Below are positions 17,034-21,049 of a DNA stretch of 21,049 nt, one piece after another (position 1 is the first letter of the stretch; every line of letters starts with the position of its first letter). The DNA is taken from the NCBI GenBank assembly GCA_041586955.1, contig JBFGZE010000060.1, positions 1 through 21,049 of the forward strand. Reading direction: 5' to 3'. This stretch comes from Bacteriovoracaceae bacterium. Lineage in GTDB: Bacteria > Bdellovibrionota > Bacteriovoracia > Bacteriovoracales > Bacteriovoracaceae. The notes under the pieces were generated by a model, which saw nothing but the letters and a program-made list of their open reading frames with translations, was not told the DNA's origin and did no database searches. Made by a program: the position numbers and the translations under genes.

Positions 17034-17461
17034 GCTCCCAGCTAGAAAAAGGACCTATCATTGTCTCCGCCTGTTTAGCGGGTATTAATTGTCGCTATGA
17101 TTGCGCTGCCAAATCAGCACCCGATATCGTCAAAATGGTAGAAGAAGGCCTGGCCATTCCCCTCTGCCCAGAGCAATTAGGAGGCTTACCCACGCCCCGT
17201 CCACCGGCCGAACAAATTGGCGATAAAGTCATCACCATTGATGGAGTTGATGTCACCGCTCAATACCAAAAAGGTGTGGAGGAGGCAATTAAAGTTGTTG
17301 AGATGACGGCGGCCAAAAAGGTTTACCTCAAATCAAAATCCCCTATGTGCGGGGTCGGCCAAATTTATGATGGGACGTTCAAAGGCCAATTAAAACCAGG
17401 AGAGGGTTTATTCGCGCGCGCCTTAAAAAAGCTCGGCGTTATGATCGAAGAAGTTGATTAA
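17030..17461 (+). CDS. DUF523 / TudS-family (2-thiouracil desulfurase-like) Fe-S protein
   Basis: SACLAGINCRYD, CPEQLGGLPTPRPPAE, KSKSPMCG, GEGLFA. True start likely TTG 17030 (TTGA overlap with the paaJ stop, AAGGA RBS), 143 aa. Confidence 0.85.
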   Translation: MSSQLEKGPIIVSACLAGINCRYDCAAKSAPDIVKMVEEGLAIPLCPEQLGGLPTPRPPAEQIGDKVITIDGVDVTAQYQKGVEEAIKVVEMTAAKKVYLKSKSPMCGVGQIYDGTFKGQLKPGEGLFARALKKLGVMIEEVD

Positions 17462-17467
17462 CAACCA

Positions 17468-17503
17468 CTTTGTCCTTTATCATTTTAAGGACAAAGGATT
17501 TTT
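17468..17503 (+). terminator. Probable intrinsic terminator of the hppD-paa operon, overlapping the mscS RBS
   Basis: CTTTGTCCTT(17468-17477)/AAGGACAAAG(17487-17496) stem followed by GATTTTT. Confidence 0.55.
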
Positions 17504-18310
17504 ATGAAACTTGGGCCCCAAACTGAACTTGATATCAATATTTTTCTCTCTCTTTTTATTGGCATCACAATATTTATTATCCGCTTCATCACCGTTAAGA
17601 TCATTCATAAAGTCATTGAGGATCGGGAAACAAGACGACGCTATTATGTCCATCTCAATTCATTGATTACTGTCGCCTTCTTTGCCGCGCTAATTATTCT
17701 TTGGTCCAGCCAAATTAAAACATTAACCGTCTCTCTCTTAGTCATCGCAGTCCCCATTGTCTTGGCAGGTAAAGAATTATTTGCCAGCATGGCCGGCGGT
17801 TTTTTAAAATTGACAAGTGGCAGTTTTCAAATCGGAGACCGTATCGAAATAGGGCGCCATCGCGGAGATGTTGTCGGTAAGACCCTTTTAACAACAAAAC
17901 TTTTAGAGATAGGCCCAGGAAAAAAAACCCATCAATATACCGGCCGTAGTATTACCATTCCCAACGCCAATTTTCTCGATCAACCAGTTATTAACGAATC
18001 CTTTCTCAAAAACTTTGTTTTACACCCCTTTGAAATTAATCTCAAACGCGATGAAAATTGGGAAAAGGCACAAAGTCTCTTAATTGAAATCTGTAACCGC
18101 CATTGTGAGGAATATTATGAGCAGGCCCAAATCTATATTGATCGTCTGCAATCGAAGGCCTCCTTACACACTCCTGGAATCCGCCCACGAGTTCATATAA
18201 GACTACCTGACCCCCAGCAAATTCAATTTATCGTTCGAATCACCATACCGGCCGATCTTAAGGGAACCATCGAACAAAAAATTATTACTGATTTTTTACG
18301 TGAGTTTTAA
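17504..18310 (+). CDS. mscS: Small-conductance mechanosensitive channel family protein
   Basis: Three N-terminal hydrophobic helices, FQIGDRIEIG..GDV, TIPNA..L..PVIN. Confidence 0.88.
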   Translation: MKLGPQTELDINIFLSLFIGITIFIIRFITVKIIHKVIEDRETRRRYYVHLNSLITVAFFAALIILWSSQIKTLTVSLLVIAVPIVLAGKELFASMAGGFLKLTSGSFQIGDRIEIGRHRGDVVGKTLLTTKLLEIGPGKKTHQYTGRSITIPNANFLDQPVINESFLKNFVLHPFEINLKRDENWEKAQSLLIEICNRHCEEYYEQAQIYIDRLQSKASLHTPGIRPRVHIRLPDPQQIQFIVRITIPADLKGTIEQKIITDFLREF

Positions 18311-18317
18311 TAAGTTC

Positions 18318-18366
18318 AAAGAAAAACCACATCCTCATAAGCGGGGCAGGCCGATAAGGATGTGGT
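18318..18366 (-). terminator. Intrinsic terminator oriented on the minus strand
   Basis: Minus strand reads ACCACATCCT...AGGATGTGGT followed by TTTTCTTT; 10-bp perfect stem (18326-18335 / 18357-18366). Confidence 0.7.
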
Positions 18367-18433
18367 CCTTATTATCACTACAAAAGTAGCGATAGATCTT
18401 AATGATATGTGAAAACTATTTCTATTTAGCTTC
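18318..18433 (-). ncRNA. Candidate small RNA of about 115 nt
   Basis: Orphan minus-strand terminator; second hairpin TATCGCTAC-TTTT-GTAGTGATA (18373-18394) whose mismatch is a G-U pair only on the minus strand; upstream ATGACC-N17-CATGAT. Ends are approximate. Confidence 0.4.
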
Positions 18434-18659
18434 TTTTCTATCATGCCTGAAGACGCTAATAGGGTCATTTCTTTTTTCATTATTTCCATAGAATATTAAA
18501 TTATATTAAGTGGTTAAATCAATTTTCAGGTGACGATCAACCACCAAAAAAATGAGGCAATATTGGCCGGAATAATTTTGGTCACCAACAGGAGATTTTA
18601 CATTCACCTTGAGAAAGCCAGTCAATTTAATAGACTAAAGCTTCGAGAGAGGAAAAAGC

Positions 18660-20297
18660 ATGCGATCCATTTTTATAATACCATTTATTGTCTTAAGCTT
18701 AATGGCCAATATCCAGGCAACCATCCCCCACGCCATTAAATTAATAATAGGCCCTTCTGGACAAAAAGTTTTATCCGATAACCTTCCCTTCTTTATTGAA
18801 AACTCTGGCCTAAATTTAGAAGATTTTTATTTTCCTTCCAAAGACCTGACTCTGCCGATTAAAACCACAAGAGAGTTCAGTGATAACCCTGAAATTCAAG
18901 AAATCATTGATAAAGTAAAAGAGACTCTCGAGCGTTTTATAACGGGTATTGAGATTAACGATCATCAAGTATTTCTCTCTTTTCAAGAAATTGAGGTCAA
19001 TATCAATTGGGAAAACATAGATTTTACAATTGAAGCACCAAAAGATCCTATCATCAAAGAGTATTATGATTTTCTTGTGCGTCTTCATTTAGAAGTTAAG
19101 GATTTTAATCTCAATGTCCAGCAAATGATCGCCAATGATTTAGGCAATCCATGGCTGGGTACGTATGGCCTTAATGATGTTCTTATCGCAAAAGATAAAG
19201 AGTCACCTCATTTGCGCCTATCTCTTCCTATTTATTTTCGCAAGGACCGCAATAATGCCATGAGCACTGTTCTGATGGCACCTAACCATAACTTCAATGA
19301 TATTCAATTTGATGTCGATTTTAAGTCCCCCATTATTATGCCAAAGATCACCATGAATATTGATAATTATGTTATGCGCGTGAATACCGAAGAAGTCGAA
19401 GCGCTAATTAAAGAGAAAGAGCATATTTATAAGGATATGATAAAAGAAAAAATAAATCAGATGCTTCGAAAAAACTTACCAGAAATGATTAATAATATGC
19501 TCAAAACGAAACTCGACCGCCCCTTTCGAGAAGTGAACCAAATGCAACCTCCAGGGGCCCCCGACAATGCCGAAGTCGCACAATTTATCTGGGGTATTGA
19601 CCTCCAAGATTTTTCTTATCAACGTCAATTATTAGTGATTGATTTAGACGCCAATATCGAGGATCCAACTTTTGACAAAGACTTGCGATTGGCGCCACGC
19701 CTGAAGGCCCCTGGAAAGCTCAATTTAAAGAACGCCAATATCAGCAATTATGATTTTACTTTTGTTCTCAATCAAGGACTGCTGAATAAAGTCCTGCAAT
19801 TAAGTGGCCGTCGTCAATATTTTGAAGAAATCCCACTCGCAGCTGGAGAAATGATTCGCCTCGGAAAAACTCCGGAATTACAATTGGCCGGTTCCCGTCC
19901 TCACCTTAAACTAGAAATTGAATATGAAGTAGAGGGTTTTCAATCTGTTTTCGTTAAAAACCCAATTCATATTGAAATGAACCTTCTTCTCGATTTCCCA
20001 TTGGATCCCCAGGGAAAAGTACAAATGATAGCGAGAGGAGTTGACCTCAACTCTGTTCATGTCCCCTCTCGCTATATCCATATGTTTAAAAACAAAGTAA
20101 GAAAAGCGGTCAAAAAACGCATTAAAGAGATGAATGCCGGGCTCAATGGTTTCGTTTTGGCCCCAGAAGTCCCCATTCCCACAAGCCTTGGCGGTATCAA
20201 TTTAGAAAAACTCAAAACACAGGTTGACCCCTCAGGCAATCTTCTTATATACACAAATTACGTCGATGAAGACGTTCAGGCAGGAGATGATTTATGA
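18660..20297 (+). CDS. Secreted hypothetical protein, possible BPI/LBP/CETP (TULIP)-like lipid-binding fold
   Basis: 545 aa; signal peptide; GAGG RBS; alternation of long beta-strands and helices in two halves, with segments resembling BPI. Confidence 0.7.
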   Translation: MRSIFIIPFIVLSLMANIQATIPHAIKLIIGPSGQKVLSDNLPFFIENSGLNLEDFYFPSKDLTLPIKTTREFSDNPEIQEIIDKVKETLERFITGIEINDHQVFLSFQEIEVNINWENIDFTIEAPKDPIIKEYYDFLVRLHLEVKDFNLNVQQMIANDLGNPWLGTYGLNDVLIAKDKESPHLRLSLPIYFRKDRNNAMSTVLMAPNHNFNDIQFDVDFKSPIIMPKITMNIDNYVMRVNTEEVEALIKEKEHIYKDMIKEKINQMLRKNLPEMINNMLKTKLDRPFREVNQMQPPGAPDNAEVAQFIWGIDLQDFSYQRQLLVIDLDANIEDPTFDKDLRLAPRLKAPGKLNLKNANISNYDFTFVLNQGLLNKVLQLSGRRQYFEEIPLAAGEMIRLGKTPELQLAGSRPHLKLEIEYEVEGFQSVFVKNPIHIEMNLLLDFPLDPQGKVQMIARGVDLNSVHVPSRYIHMFKNKVRKAVKKRIKEMNAGLNGFVLAPEVPIPTSLGGINLEKLKTQVDPSGNLLIYTNYVDEDVQAGDDL

Positions 20298-20770
20298 AAC
20301 GCATTCTTATTTTATCACTCTTTCTTTTAAGCTCCATTATTTCTGCCAGAAATTATACCATTCCTGAGACTAAGGTTAAAAACCTTGAGAATTATAAAAA
20401 TCTTTATATGACTCGTTATTTGGTATTTGCCACAAAGGGCCTGGGCCAATATTTTAGCATTAATACCGTTTATAAAGTGGGCGAGACAATGCCCATTGAA
20501 TATAATGAAGTAACCTTTAAGTCCCAATCGTTTAAACAAACCTGGGGCGGTTTTAAAAATCCCAATCGTATCGTTTATGTGATTCATCCAGGACCTGAGC
20601 ATGCGCTTAATGCTCTAGGACTGGCGAATGACCCTTTTGTCATTTCGCGCTCCCCCTTTAGGGCCCCCGATTATATCGCTCCGGCAGAAGAAACGAAGGT
20701 CACCGACAAAAATAAAAAATTTATTATCAGGCGTTTTCATAGGCCAAAAACCACTCAAATAAGTTTTTAA
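20294..20770 (+). CDS. Small secreted hypothetical protein
   Basis: 158 aa; signal peptide MKRILILSLFLLSSIISA; AGGAG RBS; ATGA overlap with the upstream gene. Confidence 0.75.
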   Translation: MKRILILSLFLLSSIISARNYTIPETKVKNLENYKNLYMTRYLVFATKGLGQYFSINTVYKVGETMPIEYNEVTFKSQSFKQTWGGFKNPNRIVYVIHPGPEHALNALGLANDPFVISRSPFRAPDYIAPAEETKVTDKNKKFIIRRFHRPKTTQISF

Positions 20771-20892
20771 CAACTGGTCCATATAAATGGTGTTGAGACT
20801 TCGATAAAAAATTTACCTCTCTCCCCCCAATGTTTTATGTTTTTGGATACTTACACATAGCGAACCTGGGTAAGCATTGCTCTTAGCTTAGT

Positions 20893-21049
20893 ATGAATCT
20901 ATGCTGCCCGAAAAAATCATGTAAAAACACAAATTCTATTATTAAGGATGGCTTCTTTAAGCGCAATTGTGATGCGAAGAGAATTCAAAGATATCGCTGT
21001 AAGCGTTGTGGGCAGCGGTTTTCGCGAGCAACATATCGTGATGATTATA
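20893..21049 (+). mobile_element. IS1/IS1595-like transposase, N-terminal zinc ribbon (truncated by the right window edge)
   Basis: My translation gives MNLCCPKKSCKNTNSIIKDGFFKRNCDAKRIQRYRCKRCGQRFSRATYRDDY: CPxxxC..IKxG..QRYRCKxCG.xF, the InsA-type ribbon. Not in the ORF track. Confidence 0.7.

Noticed and set aside
18350..18357. Perfect GCCGATAA sigma-28 -10 box
   Set aside because: It lies inside the terminator hairpin with no matching -35 element and is about 300 nt from the next start.
18316..18489. 57-aa minus-strand ORF (MEIMKKEM...YEDVVFL)
   Set aside because: No clear RBS, and it runs through the terminator hairpin; an sRNA explains the structure better, though a small protein is not excluded.
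18530..18739. 69-aa plus-strand ORF
   Set aside because: It overlaps the better supported 18660 gene out of frame and has no RBS or motif.

Overview
A ~40% GC bacterial chromosomal window, probably from a predatory Bdellovibrionota/Bacteriovoracaceae-type organism (inferred from many secreted hypothetical proteins, sigma-28-type promoters and a BspA/DUF285 lipoprotein). Left (minus strand): a five-gene pyrimidine-catabolism operon encoding a CoA-acylating (methyl)malonate-semialdehyde dehydrogenase, a Urc1/Urg1-type GTP cyclohydrolase II-like protein, Urc4/Urg3 (DUF1688), upp and udk (truncated by the window edge, absent from the ORF track). This looks like a bacterial URC pathway with an oxidative exit to acetyl-CoA. 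Middle (plus strand): two secreted hypothetical proteins (one resembles a degenerate phospholipase D), a protein with a C-terminal HEPN-like Rx4H motif, and a PKD plus DUF285-repeat lipoprotein. Next is an unusual aromatic catabolism operon: hppD-paaF-paaG, a single PaaA-like di-iron protein, split paaH, paaJ and a DUF523/TudS-family gene. Right: mscS, a candidate minus-strand sRNA, a secreted BPI/LBP(TULIP)-like protein with a small partner, and the start of an IS1-like zinc-ribbon transposase at the window end. No CRISPR array, tRNA or rRNA was seen. All family calls come from motif recognition by eye, not database searches.
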